Shown: positions 45,340-58,545 of the stretch, one piece after another
Position numbering within the stretch: position 1 is the stretch's first letter
Layout of the letters: the number at the start of each line of letters is the position of its first letter
NCBI GenBank assembly: GCA_009103225.1
Contig: RHPI01000810.1
Coordinates: 62,001 to 126,000, forward strand
From: Chlorokybus atmophyticus
Lineage: Eukaryota > Plantae > Mesostigma and Chlorokybus algae
Direction of reading: 5' to 3'
Length of the DNA: 64,000 nt
Position numbers and translations under genes: made by a program
The notes under the pieces: model-generated
The model's input: the letters and a program-made list of their open reading frames with translations, nothing else
Databases searched by the model: none
What the model was told of the DNA's origin: nothing

Positions 45340-48060
45340 GTTCAGTGTACCAGCAAATACTTGCAGCGCGCAAAGGCCAACTGCGCTAGGCAACCTACAT
45401 CAAAGCTATAAACCAAGGGAACATCAGCCTGCGCCAAGAGGAGGTGGAGGAGGAGGACCAGCAGCAGCATCACTATTAGGAGGAGGAGGAGGACCAGCAG
45501 GAGGAGGAGCACAAGGAGGTCTTGGTATGTGGCACTGATCGCGGTAGCGGTTTCAGGCCAGTTGTCCTGCGGGGGTAACCACGCCCATTCAGCGGCATAG
45601 TCCATTGAGGGCGGTAGCTCATACAGTAGCGCGGCCACTGAACCCCGCAACGCAGCCATCCCTTGGTCAAGGTCACGGAGGTGGTTCACGAAGGTGGGTA
45701 GCATGACAACCATCACATCAAACATGGAAATCACGGTAGCGCGGCTTGTGATTTCAAAAGTGCCAGTATTGTGGGATTTGGCGTTCCTGTAGGAGTCTTA
45801 AAAGCCACCAGCACTTGGTTGAAAGCCAGTAAATGGTTGAGCACTCCGCTATAATTGCTACTACACCCGCCTGATTTGTGCTGCACGCTCAATGAAGCTA
45901 CCCGGCCATTCGACTTGGTCCTCTTGAAACCTTTATGGCCAATCGTCAAAGAGCTGAGTGTTTTGCATACGGCCCGACCCCATTGTACATTTAAATCCTC
46001 ACAATGCAAAAAATGGTTGAACACCTCGCGCGCCCACTTTTTGATTTTGTCAATAACGTACTGCACTCGGTCTTGTGCTACCTGCTAGAGCTGTGCTCTG
46101 TGATCTGCCACTTGCTTGTCCAGCTGTGCTTACAGTCGCAGTCGCAGCATCGACAGCCCCTGTGATAGTCCCTCCAACAACCTCTGATAACAGCCTCTCC
46201 GCTCGCTTTGCTGCTTCGCGCTCCAGCTGATGAATGCGTTGCCGAGCACTCTCCAGCTCTTGCCAATCTGGCCGATCGCAATTGAGCTGGATGCCGTTGC
46301 CTGCATGCGCAACAGCAAATCTATGTTTTGCAAATTAAAGCCATGGATCTGGGCCTCATATGATTCTTGATGCCTCGATAACTCCTCCGTCTCCTTGCGC
46401 AGGGTGGCAACCGGAGAGTTGGAAGCTGCACCCCTCTGCTTCATCTCCAAAGCCTTGCGCAGCTTGGCAATAACAGCATCTGATGCCCCAGCCCATCTGC
46501 TGCGCCTCCTGGAACCTCTTGCGCAGTTCGGCTAGAACTCGGTTGAACTCATTATTTGTTTTTGATGTCGTCTTCATCGACTCCTTCAACTCATTGCGCA
46601 CCTGCCCAAACTCAGCGTTAGCATCTGCAGCCCTCTGTTGCGTCTCCTGCAACTGATGGTGAAGGTTGCAACCTCAGCCCTATATTGTGCAGAGGACCGC
46701 CGCAATTGCGTTTTTTGGTTAAGAGCAAGCTGGAGTTGCTCCTTGCGCGCTTCGTCAACACCGATCGCGCTTTGCTGCAGGTTGTCGCGATTTCAAAAAA
46801 CGCGCACGTGTCTTTCCTGTCGCACAGCGACATTGCGTAAGTACAGAGCCGAATAAGTATCATTGCAGCGCAAGCTGTGGCAACAATCCCATAAACTGAC
46901 AGCCCCCCCCCCCCCTTCCCCCCCCTAATCACATACAAAGACTGTACATTGTGCAAGCTGTTCTTACCAATGCTTTCTTTGCCATTTCGTGGGCGCGTAA
47001 AAGCTGTTCTGCAGCAGTGTGCACAGCCTTCTCCCAATCCTCACTCATAATTGATGCAGCATTGGTTGCTTCATAGTGCTCCTAGTGGGCCTTCTTAAAA
47101 GCGTCAAGCGTTGTACGCGCTGCTGCTAAACTCTCCCCAGCTTGTGGCCGCACAGCTGCCGGCCGTACAGCTGGTGGAGTTGTTCGTGCAGGAGTTTCTA
47201 GCTTAAGGGGACGCTGCTTCTTCTCAGCTGGGGGTGTAGAGATGGTGTGACTTTTTCTCCCTCTCTTTCTCTGGGCAGATGGACGGGGACTGTCAGAGGG
47301 ACTGTCATGACGACTGTCATGGGGACGGTGCTTGGGAGGAGGATTGTCGGTAGGAGCACCGTGTTTGGAATTTTCAAGAGGTGGAGTGTCGTGGGGACTG
47401 TCGGCAAATCGAAGATTGTCACGCTTAGCTTGTTTTCCCAGCCAAGTCTTTGGTGGTGGAGGTGCGGGGTGCAAGGGCACTCTCAACTGATGGAGATGAT
47501 TATCGTGTGAATGGTGAGTATCAGGGGCGTTGATCGCCACTACAAAGTTGCGTCAGCTTGTGCCTCCACTGGTGTGTCATCTTCGCTATACTCTTTTACA
47601 AGTGTATGCACAATGTCCCACTTGGGTTCATCGAGCCATTCCTTTCTGGACTCCTTGAAGCTGCAGAAGGGAGCCCTTCTGCAGCATAGCTCAGATCTTT
47701 TTCTCCAAATCTTTTTCCCAGTCCTCTCCCTTTAATGCTGTCGCCTGCCAGGTGTGAGCCCCCTCTTTGATAGCAATGGCTGCTGAGTGAGTTTTGTGCA
47801 CCTCGGCAGCCTTTCTGTAGATAGTTGCAACCGTTTGCTGCAAAGACAGGTATGGTTTAGGCATATGTGTGAAGTGAAAGGTGCACCACTGTCTAACTTA
47901 CCCTGACCACGTTCTCTTGTTCAATCCGTAGGTCTAAGTCCCTAATGACTTGTTTTAGGTCGTCTACTTGTCTGTTTGCGGCCTCCTTCTATTTGTAAGC
48001 AGCATCATAAACGGCTTTTACAAAAATGAACAGATATTTAACGCTAAATATGAGCTCTAG
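45340..48060 (-). pseudogene. Unidentified multi-exon coiled-coil/low-complexity coding remnant
   Basis: Helical ORF pieces (46356-46652, 47082-47540) with intron-like breaks; no family recognised. Confidence 0.3.
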
Positions 48061-48539
48061 AATCTATCTATTGACACATGCACGTGATCTTGGTTGTTAG
48101 CATACATGTCACGGTGCATGCAAGTGCATTGTGACAGGCATGCAAACATCAAACTGTCGACGAGACAATTGGAGAGACTGTCATACTAAGAAGTCTGTCA
48201 GTGCAACTCACCAATCTTGTCTTTGCGGCCGCTTTGGGCATGCTAAACACACGCTGCACCAACCGCATGGAATATGCCATGGCACTCTCGTCCGGCTGCT
48301 TTGGTGGCTTGTTGGTAATCAGCCACAGAGCGTCCTCCATAGTTAGCTTCCAACCCCTCGCAAGCCTGAGGCCTCTCAGCTATTGGGGGGTGAGCAGGTT
48401 GCTTACAAGTCTAAATGCTGCTTGCTTGCTTGCATGGCAATCTTTGTTGACAGTCCACAGCTTGCGTTGCCTGAGTGTGAAGTAAAACTGTCTTTGCATT
48501 AACTTCACTTTGTTTGTTCAGGCAAATCAACTGACACAA

Positions 48540-51210
48540 TAACCACTTGGGAGGGAAGACAAATGCCCGCTGCAGCTATTTGCTTCAGAGCAAAGGGGAA
48601 CCACTTGCTGGGCCACGTCACGGGCTCGCAGTTTATGATGAAACTAGAGTTCAAGCATATGCGCACAACATATCAACAACCTGACGAAGCTGAAAAAGAG
48701 ATGACGAGCAAGTGGCCACTACCTCAAGGCATACACGTCAAGCAGAACGCCCAACACCGGCAGGAGCTAAGCAATGTCTGCGAAACAGTTTTGCAGGCGT
48801 CGAAGCCACTGGTCTTTGATGCAGACCATACCCTGAAATGGACCAAAGGCAAGTTGCTATTAGAGTTGAATTGTGTTTAAGCAAGCTTCCAAGCAGCATG
48901 GCATTTACTCCTCAATTTTACCGTGTGTCCTTATTCGTCTTGCAATTGACAGTTTTAAAGAACGTGCATGCTTTCAGTTGTCGGTTGCTCAGTTACCAAT
49001 TGCGTTGTGCTCTCTTCCAAGCTGTAGTCTGCTTGCTGATAGCTTCCAAATGACTGTCGCTGCTGTGTCTCATCTGCTTGTGTGTCGGCAGCACAAATCA
49101 AGAGTTATGTACTCCGGCTGCAGTACCCTATTGGCGACAAGCGCGGTAGTGGTTATAGGAAGAACACGCACGAACACAATGCTGCCAAGAAGCAAAGTCG
49201 TTCCAGCGACAGGCAAGCTACATCAGGCAGCCGCGCTACTGAAGCTGCTGCTGGCTGGGGCATCACATTTCCGCTCATGTGATTGGCAGGGACTTGAGGG
49301 CCAACCAGCAAGTGGTCATGCTTGCGCCTTTGACTGCTGAGCCTCTAACAGACGCTCACTACCAAGCCACTTGGCTGAACGAGAGGTAACTATTGTGCTG
49401 TCAGTTGTCGATCAAGTTCTATAGTCCTCACTGGTTTGCTTAGCTGTTGCCTCTATGGCTGTGTGCCGACTTCACACATGCTGCTTGCTAACTCGGAATT
49501 TCCTAGTAGGGGTGCGGACTTGTTTGTTGAGAATCAGGTGTTTAACATTGCCAACAAAGCAGTTGTTGTTGGCGTCGCCACCATCAAGTCCGTACGCGAG
49601 CCAAAACAACCAATACGGATGTACAATGTCTGCGGTACCCACTGGATGCCAATGAGAAACGAGGATGGCGACCTTGGCATTTGCCTACTTGTGAAGGAAA
49701 GGAATATGCTCTATGACATTTTGGCAAGCAGCTGCCGTGGTGGGCGTTATCTGAAGGTACATTGCATGCTGTGGCTATGCACATGCTCCAACTGTTACTG
49801 TATGGTGGAGTGCATAAGGCATTCTTGTGTTGAACAATCTAACATGCAGAACACAGAGATGGAGTGGCCCATGATGTTCTTGGCCGGCAGAGGCATCTGT
49901 TCATGTGAGGCATGTGGCAACGACGATCGCATTGTGGTGCTGGGTTGCATAAAGGACATACTGCCTATGACCGCAGCTCGGCACAGCACAGACACAGACA
50001 CAGAGGTCAGTAAGGGCTGTTGTCAGCGCACGGTATGACTTAAAGGCACGCGTTTGCGCACACTCACAACAGCACACAAACCATTTCTTACATCACATCA
50101 CGCACTGTCTCCAACAATCTGTTGCTCTCTGAGAGACACAGACAATCACACACACACACACACACATGCACACCAAGCTTGTATGGCGTTTCGGTACGCC
50201 GCGCGCTTGTGGTCCCCCTCACAGTTACTTGACAGTCGCAGGCTGTCAACGTATAAACAGTCGCCAATGCATGGTATTGATAAATGTATGTCATGTGTCC
50301 CCTTCGCAGTCACTTGACAGCCACAAGGTGTCCCATATGGACAGTAGCCAATGCACCCTATTAACGGATGTATGACATGTACAGGCTGCTGGAGCTGAGC
50401 CCGACTAGGAAGATCAAACGATTGCAATGGACTTGGATCTTGCAGCTGCGATTGTGCGACACCCAACGCCCCCACTAGAGAGCAGGCAATGGATGTGTAT
50501 GAGTACTACCAGCACATTGAGCATGCAGTGTTCAGCGTTTGTCACCAGATGCCATTCAAGAACCCTGACGAGATGAAGGATTACCCAGACGAGCGAATCT
50601 GGCGAGCAGTTGTTAGGTTTGCAGCAAAGAAAAGGTGGTTGGTGGCCAACGACGAGGTTGAAGGAGGGTGCGAGTGGCGATTGAATCTTGCAAACTGCCA
50701 AGTATGCATACTGAACGGCAAGTCATTGACAGTCCTTGGGTAGTTGTTAAGATGACTACACATTGCAGGGTTGTTGAGCGAGGCAAGGAAGAAAAAGCCA
50801 TGGCAACCTAAGAGGCAGTGGATGCGACCGCCCTCGTCATCTTAGGTGGGTGGTTTACTGTGCTACAGTTACACGTGTGTCTCAAAATTGTATGTCTTGT
50901 GTAAGCACATGTAGATTTTCAGTTGTTTCGCAGATGTCATCTAGCACGTTGGCTGGAGGGGCTGGAGGGGCTGTCTAGCAAGGGTGTCCCTGGCTCTTGA
51001 GGTTGTCGGTGGCTCCGAGGCTGGGAGTCAGCATGCAAAGAAAGGCTTGCCAGGAGTGTGGCTTCACATGGGGCCCAGAGTACATGTTGCCTAGGCACAG
51101 GTGCAACACAACAAAGCTGCTGTTGTCAGCTGCGACTATTAACAGCAGCGTGCAATGCATAGTAGGAGACTGTGGGCATAGTATCATACCGCTAGCTCGA
51201 TACACGTGAT
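48540..51210 (+). pseudogene. Unidentified multi-exon coding remnant, possibly a CACTA accessory gene
   Basis: ORF pieces 48563-48880, 49436-50038, 50489-50743, 50997-51209 (CQEC...HRC) lying between the En/Spm transposase and the subterminal repeats. Confidence 0.3.
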
Positions 51211-51244
51211 CATGAGCTGTCGATGGACATTCCATTACAACATT

Positions 51245-51853
51245 TTATGAATTGTATGCACCAGGTATGGTGCATGAAACAGCGCTCACACCACGCATGG
51301 CTCCCAGGGATATAACATCATGACAGACCATGCTTGGTGCACCAAATCAAGGTAGACCGCACCATGTATGGTGCGGTGTCTGGCAGGTCCATACATGGTG
51401 CCGCATGCGCAACACCTAGTCGGTAGCCATGGACAATTCATGGCGCGACCGTCAATCAGACTGGCACCACACATGGTCACTGTGCTAAGAGGGTAGCGCA
51501 CCATGCATGGTCCGTACAATCTCAGTAACAAACAAGCCTTCCGGTTCGTATCCATGAGACCAGTTATGGTGCGACTGTCAGTCACCGAACATGAAGCAAG
51601 TAATAAAACCATGCATGATCCACTGTTCCAGGGGGCATTGCACCAGGCATGGTCCACGAATCTTATGTATACTGGCCACCGTGCCTGATGCGTCCCAAGA
51701 GACATGGGAACCTATGACACGAAATTCGGACCATGCATGGTGCGACTGTCGATGAAAAACCGACTATGCATGGTCCACCGATTTCACTTAGCAGGGGCAA
51801 ATCCCGGTCCTACGTCACGGACCATTCATGGTCCTTTGACGTCAGGCGGTGTG
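51245..51853. repeat. Cluster of about 12 degenerate palindromic ACCATGCATGGT motifs, probable CACTA subterminal region
   Basis: Copies near 51294, 51326, 51361, 51500, 51608, 51641, 51730, 51762, 51820; followed by GGCGGTG(TG), a possible CAC-type right terminus. Confidence 0.6.
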
Positions 51854-52220
51854 CAAGCTGAGGCCGAAGTAGCTGGAGGAGCCGAAAATGCAAATAAGAA
51901 AGCATTGCAGAGCTTGAACCACGTGGTTTCAACGAATGTAGGTAGATTTACCAACCAGCGGCAGTACCGGTGAGCAGGAGGGAGACCTCGCGGCACTTTG
52001 TCAGTGTCCTACTAGCCGTGGTACTCGGCGTATATAGGCTGACCTCGGCAAGTCAGTGTCGTACCTCCTTCGTGCGGTCACCTGAAAGCTTTTTAGGCCG
52101 CGCTTGCCTTGTACGTCTCGCCTGAGCCGCGGACTGTGCGGCGGCGTTCGTGGCAGACAGCCGCTCCAGCTTGCCCACAACACGGTCAAGTACATTGGCC
52201 ACAGCGGTGGACGAGGAGTA

Positions 52221-53769
52221 GGGTAAAGTGCCCTAATTTGGCCACCGGCGCTTAATGCAACGGTGCATAACATTGCAAATACTTCTAGCAGTAGTTTGTG
52301 ATAGCACGATCCTTCTTATCAAGGGCTACCTATCGCAACAAATATCATTGAAAGAAATCATGTATAGCAACCATAGGATTTTTTCAAAGATCACTTTTTC
52401 AATGGTACTGTTTCGCGTTTCTGTCACGTCTGCAAGGCTGGCTAAAGTCATTCTCTGTTCCTTACCTATGTAAGTAAGATGAGACCGGGTGCGCTTTCCA
52501 TGTCATAAGCATGTGTAGTGATTGTGGGGTGGCTCTTACGTGGTCTGCTCTTTAGCCTAAGAGGCCTTGAGTGAGATAAACTACACAAGGTATTGCATAT
52601 CAGCAAGAACCGAGCTAGTCGGTACCATTGAGGCATGGCCATGTGAGCCATATGTCCGCATATGAGTGCATATGTGAGGATATGAGGTACGTACTGGATG
52701 TATGCATGTGTATGCATGCAGGCGCATATGTGTGCATATGCGCGCATATGTATGCATGTGTGTGATGTCCTAGGCTGATATGACCAGCCAAGGACGTTCA
52801 CATTGCCCAAGGGTGATGTTTGTGATGTCAAAGGCTGATGTGACCAGCCAAGGACGATCACAATGTCCGAGGTTGATGTGTGATCAGTCTTGGACATTAA
52901 ACAAGAGGTCCAAGGGCTGATATGGCAGCCCTAGACATGAGTTGTGGTCAACGCAGCCATGACAAGGCAAGTAGCCTTGGACTTGGATGTTCTAGGTCGG
53001 AGAGCAGCAAAGAGGGTGTATATGAACGGCCTCAACAAGTGTTGAAGGGGGCTCAGCATGTGCATACTCGACTCTTGTGTGTGGGGTGCCTAGTTTAGTT
53101 GTTCAAGGGGCTCTCCCTCTCATCCCATGTGGGGTGTGATGCTTGTGGCAGCTCTGCACATGTGTGTGGGGTGTGCTTGAGTGTGCATGTGTGTGGGAGC
53201 TGAGTAGAGAGATTGGTGGCATCCTCTCCTTCCTTGGTGCGGTGCTGTGACTTCCCCTTCAAGGTACTGCTCCGTGTGTTGCTGGTCGGGCTTCCGGAAG
53301 TAAGTCCTTGTGCTTGTGCATAAGTTTGCCAAGCCGTCCAGCAAGTAAGTGAGTGGTATCGTTACAGTTTCGCGGCTACTCTCAGTTATGACACCCCTAC
53401 CAACTTAAAGCACCATAACTTACGCAATACTTTTGCAAACGGGTCGACAACAAATGTCTTGGAAAGTTCACCATGAGTACAAGCCACTCCCCAAATCTTA
53501 TAGTTTGACGCGGTCAGCAGAAAGTTATTACATGTGCAATGAAAAGTGGCCGAATTAGGGCAAAAGTTTTAAAGGTGGGAAGGCTCTACCTCCCCCACTT
53601 TGACCCATTATAACTTTTGCGATACCGCTCCATTCGTAAAAGTGAATATCCTCGCGTAGCTCAACTCTAGGGCTACAAGAAACATATATGGTTGTCCGCC
53701 AGTAAGTCACGCATAACAATATCATACCCTTAAAATCTGAAAAGTGCGCCAAATTAGGGCACTTTACCC
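52221..53769. mobile_element. Non-autonomous DNA transposon with perfect 22-bp TIRs and TA TSD
   Basis: GGGTAAAGTGCCCTAATTTGGC at 52221-52242 and its reverse complement at 53748-53769, flanked by TA; internal ~60-bp repeats near 52760-52880. Confidence 0.85.
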
Positions 53770-54624
53770 TATGCCACTCTTGTCGAGCCGCCGGCTGCAG
53801 CGTCTGTAGCGGCTGCTGCAGCACGTGTCGTAGCCACAAGTCAACGCGGTTGGCCTTAAAAGAATAATGTTTGCTAAAGATAAGCTTATGCCGAGGCCGA
53901 AAAGATGTAAATTAACGGAATATATTGGAATAATGGGCGGTGAGTGATGAATTAGCATTGAATCCGCATCTCCACTAATGTAATGTCGGCTACTACAATA
54001 ATGGCGGCATACCAATATGCATTTAGCGTGGGCACACTGAGCGGTATGGTGTAAACCGAAATTAAGAATGAGAAAAGTGCCCGCTTAAATAGGGCACAAC
54101 TGTGGCATGTTGCTAATGCGTTTGTACGCAAGAGAGACAAGAAAAGGAATGCATGCTATTGGCTAATGCAATATGTATTGTGCATTCTATTCAGGCGCGT
54201 GGCCTTGCTGTCTAACTAAGAGCATGTTGAGAATACGGCGCTAATAAGACAATGTGAATAAGCATGCGCCGCTACAGCGATCGTTTTCGATTGCTATCTA
54301 GCGACCATTCCAGATTGCGTTCTTGCCGTCCTCTTTCGTTCCTTCCAACCTGCGACTTTTTGACAGGTCGCAGATGTCCCTCTGAATCTTATCCAGCCGA
54401 AAAATCGCCGCGTTATCCCCTTTGGGAGTCGAGCCCGCGAAATTTAGGCACCGATGCCAAGTGTTACGATAAGGGTTCGACCATCTAAACCATAAAAGAC
54501 CATGGTGAGAATCACGGCTATTTTTGTTTTCATGTATTCTGCCCAGTTCCCGGGCTGCCGTAACACCGTGCTTGTAATTGAGAAAATGAATGGAACGTTG
54601 TAACACATGTAAGCTCGGCACATG

Positions 54625-55004
54625 TACCGAATCTGCCTAAATACAACCCCCCCTAATACAACACTCCCATTGATTTTCGGGGGGGGGGGNNNNNNNNNNN
54701 NNNNNNNNNNNNNNNNNNNNNNNNNNNNNNNNNNNNNNNNNNNNNNNNNNNNNNNNNNNNNNNNNNNNNNNNNNNNNNNNNNNNNNNNNNNNNNNNNNNN
54801 NNNNNNNNNNNNNNNNNNNNNNNNNNNNNNNNNNNNNNNNNNNNNNNNNNNNNNNNNNNGGGGGGGGCTTTGTTTGACACCCCCCTTTTACGGGCTAAAG
54901 AATGCCTTAATACACCCCCCCTTGTTAATGTTGCGGGGGGGGCTTTGTTTGTAGGGGGGAGGGGGGTGGGTGGGGGGGGGTGTGGTATTTGGGCAAATAC
55001 GGTA
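54625..55004. mobile_element. pogo/Tc1-like MITE (coordinates include the TA TSD; contains an N gap)
   Basis: Imperfect TIRs TACCGAATCTGCCTAAATAC / TACCGTATTTGCCCAAATAC; G/C-run-rich interior. Confidence 0.65.
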
Positions 55005-55184
55005 AGCCAATTGGCAAATTGCTAGCGCAGTGTCATTTTAGCAGCAGGGGCTATAGTGCAACATGGCGCTTTAACCATCATGCCATAGCAACAAAAATCG
55101 CTACCATAGAGAAAGTCACATGTCTCACATTTGCCCCATCTCATACACCATGTTCATGACGATAAATGTGGGGTGTATTGCCTG

Positions 55185-56206
55185 TGTAACGGGAAGGTAC
55201 ATTTAATTGCCACAAATCGACCATAAAAGCACCAAGTCTTTTATGGTTGAGTGGGCTGTGACATTGATCATCGGAGCTTGAGACCCGGGTTCAATTCCTG
55301 CCTTGCACACGAATTCCGCAGTCGTTGTTTCTGAATCCAGTAACATCGTATTTGGTCATAAGTGCAATCATCGATGGGTCGCGACTTGCTTAATGGCAGT
55401 CGTGTCCGCGTTCAGTCGGCGCGGCAGGACGTGACCTGCCTGTCGCGATGCGACCTGTGGGGCCGGCAGCGGTGCGCTATGCGCGCGTTGACCGGTATGA
55501 GCCTAAATTAGCCGGTCCTTGGGCGGTGGGGCCGGTTACCGACCATAATCAGACCCCTTGGATGATTCCCCAGCTGATGGGAGCCAGCTGCCGAGGACGT
55601 CAGCGTTCTTAAGTGGGGGGGAATGTAACGGAAAGGTACAATAAATTACCACAAATCGACCATAAAAGCACCAAGTCTTTTATGGTCGAGTGGGCTGTGA
55701 TAGTAATGTCAAGTGCATTATGGTCGATTTGTGGTAAACTTAATGTACCTTCCCGTTACATTTTTCCCCACTTAAGAATGCTGACGTTCTCGGCAGCTGG
55801 CTCCCATCAGCTGGGGAATCATCCTAGGGATCTGATTAGGGTCGGTCACCGGCCCCACCGCCCAAGGACCGGCTTATTTAGGTCCATACCGTATCAACGC
55901 GCGCATAGCGCATAGCGCATCGCTGCCGGCCCCACAGGTCGCATCGCGACAAGCAGGTCGCGTCTTGCCGCGCCGATTGGGCGCCGGCGCGACTGCTATC
56001 AGGCAAGTCGCGACCCATCGATGATGGTACTTATGACCATTACGATGTTACTGGATCGAGAAACACCGACCGCGGAATTCGTGTGCAAGGCAGGAATTGC
56101 ACCCGGGTCTCAAGCTCCGATGACCAATGTCACAGCCCATTCGACCATAAAAGACTTGGTGCTTTTATGGTCGGTTTGTGGTAATCTAATGTACCTTCCC
56201 GTTACA
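55185..56206. mobile_element. Inverted dimer of a TRIM whose 161-bp LTR carries a tRNA-like Pol III promoter
   Basis: Outer LTRs 55185-55345 (+) and 56046-56206 (-); truncated inner LTRs 55624-55700 and 55718-55760; 5-bp TSD GCCTG (55180-55184, 56207-56211); A-box TGGTTGAGTGG 55244-55254, B-box GGTTCAATTCC 55288-55298. Confidence 0.8.
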
Positions 56207-58545
56207 GCCTGTGTGGCGCATGCCGCTTCACTATGGATGGAGGTGAGTGTGTGTGATGAGCACATTGCACAAAATACGACGGACTTATGCCAGCCTGCAT
56301 TCTTTAGCATACGCATTGCATTCCCATTATAGTGTGATCTTATGCAGGGTTGTTCATTGGTTCGGGGTGGCATGCTTAAACGCGGTATGCTTAATCCGCA
56401 AGCACGTGCAGTAGTGTACAGAAATGTAATTAGTATTGTGCTGAGCCCCACAATCATCCCCCTCGGTATGGGCGCATCTTTGGTTGTTGATGGCTTAAAC
56501 TATGGTTATTTCTTTTGTTTGCAACTGCATTGCAAACTTATATTGTAAAACTGAGCGCAAGTGCCATTTTGGAGATTTAAATCAAGTTAAACCATAATAT
56601 ATTCTTTCTCAATCTGAGCTCAAGCTTACGGAATACATAAGTAATGTGGTTAGCAAGTGTTCTTGCTGCTGTACATATATATCCCAACTCTGTGATTATC
56701 AGTTGTAGCTATGAATGTTAATTATAGTCTTCTCTCGTTTGTGGGCACATCCGCCAATGCGTATTTGTATGATAAATAAATAAAACATTGACGGGTCACT
56801 TGTACATGAGGGAAAAGTTTTTCAATAAAGGCACAATCACATTTTATATACACAAGATGGTTATAATAAAATTCCAATAGTGTGAAATATACTTGCGTTT
56901 TAACGACTGCAAATGCTTCTCGAATTCAATGTTATCGTCATAGCTGCATGTTGCAAAGGTAACAATTAGAACAGTGACGGCGGTGGCATACAAGATACTT
57001 GTTGCGTATCATGTTACCTTTGATGGCATTACGCAGTATTTGGATACTGAGCAGCAATACTTGCACACCACTTGTGAATGAAGAGAAATAACATGATTAC
57101 GGTTTAAGACCTATCGCACAGCGCAACGCTCGTACGACAAGCGCGAAACACGTGTTAAGGTAACCGACACCAGGGAGACATGTGTGGTTCCTACAACAAC
57201 AATAGAGCACTAATGTTGTCACTCATTAGTGCATGGAAGCTACATGGCTGCCATATGCTGCACAAGTCAGCCAATTTATGCATGAGTGGACTAACTTGTG
57301 TGACGGGATTAAACAATTGTGGTCTGCTCTCATGCTGTTTGATAGGGGGTGCTTATGTTATTGTATTGCTCTTGCGTTGCTGTACTTGAATGCCATTTTA
57401 TGACTGCAAACTGCAAACTGCCTAATGACTGACTACCTAGTGGCTGACGTCAGGTGCCCATCGTTGTACATTCAATGCGGCGTGCGTATGCGCATGTGTT
57501 AATGACTACTGCCCACGACCTACAACATACACCTAACTCACTAGCTCAGTGCTGGTGTTGCAATACTTACACCCTACCATGCCGCCAGAGGAAAACTAGA
57601 GCGACGGAGTAGATACTCCCGCCCCCTGCATCACGGCACCACACATACCACCTCACAATGGGCGCAAACTTCATCCCTGGCTGCAGCGACGCAGTTGCGG
57701 CCAACCGGACGGCAGAGCGTCAAGACGGTGGGAGGAGGGAGGGTGTGGGGAAGGGAGGAGGGAGGGTAACCACCAACTGCAACGTGTGCATGCATGACTA
57801 CCAGGGGGGCGTAGATGTAGGTGTAGGAGTAGAGTAGGTAGCCCGGTGGTCGTGTATGTAGCAACGAGGTGAGTATGTTTGGCAGAGTGTTGCATGCGTG
57901 GAGTGGTCTGAATGGGCATACCCCTCTCGCATTTTCTGTACACGTGCTTGCTGTTCGTCTCCACCCAGCCTGTACTAAAGTGCAATTGTTGCCGCACTTG
58001 TGCACTCAAGTTGGTTGGACGGTGTTTGCTGCTGCTGTTGCCTGCTTCACCAACGGCATTGCATTGCATTGCACACAGGTCACTTAGCATAGAGTAGTGT
58101 AATGGCCCCGGGTGTAATGCAAGTGTTGCCTTGCTCGTTGGTTTGAGTGTTGCTGTTGTTGTTCGTTGATGTGTATAATATAGTATGCAAGGATTGTGCA
58201 CAAACTTCATGTTTGCAATATGACTCATATCCTATGCATCACCAAGATTAGGCAAATGCGTGATTTGTCATCAGCCCAGTAGTTGCTCCGCTTGCACTGC
58301 GACACAAGCAGCCAACAACTGGTCACAGTACTGTGATGTCCAGTGTTTGCTCTTGACAGCATTCTCTGCACCAGCCTCAAGAACAGGGTTTTCCTCTGCC
58401 ACCACAGTCACATCCTGGCAACTGCTTGTTGGGTGCCATAGATTGACTGACTTGTGCAACGGGATCCAACAATCGCCACTTGGCACCAGCACATATCAAT
58501 GCAGCGTACATGCATCACAAAGACTAGGATGCAATGCGTCATTTG

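Larger units (their letters stand above)
2800..54565 (-). mobile_element. Small LTR element/TRIM with about 104-bp LTRs (2800-2901 and 54462-54565) enclosing the whole nest
   Basis: Direct repeats starting TGTTACGATAAGGG; right copy ends CGTAACA (7-bp terminal inverted repeat), left copy lacks the final CA. 5-bp TSD CCGTG (2795-2799, 54566-54570). Met-PBS-like TGGCATCGGTGCC on - strand at 54447-54459. Rejoined flanks rebuild the palindrome CAAGCAC-C-GTGCTTG. Confidence 0.7.

Noticed and set aside
50146-50166. (CA)n and TA-rich microsatellites (also 21190-21250, 23630-23740)
   Set aside because: Ordinary simple repeats.
55237-55310. Functional tRNA gene
   Set aside because: A/B boxes and T arm are present but there is no acceptor or anticodon stem pairing, and it lies inside an LTR-like repeat.
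56210-58250. Protein-coding gene between the TRIM dimer and DNAAF5
   Set aside because: Only short ORFs with no recognisable motif or consistent splice pattern.
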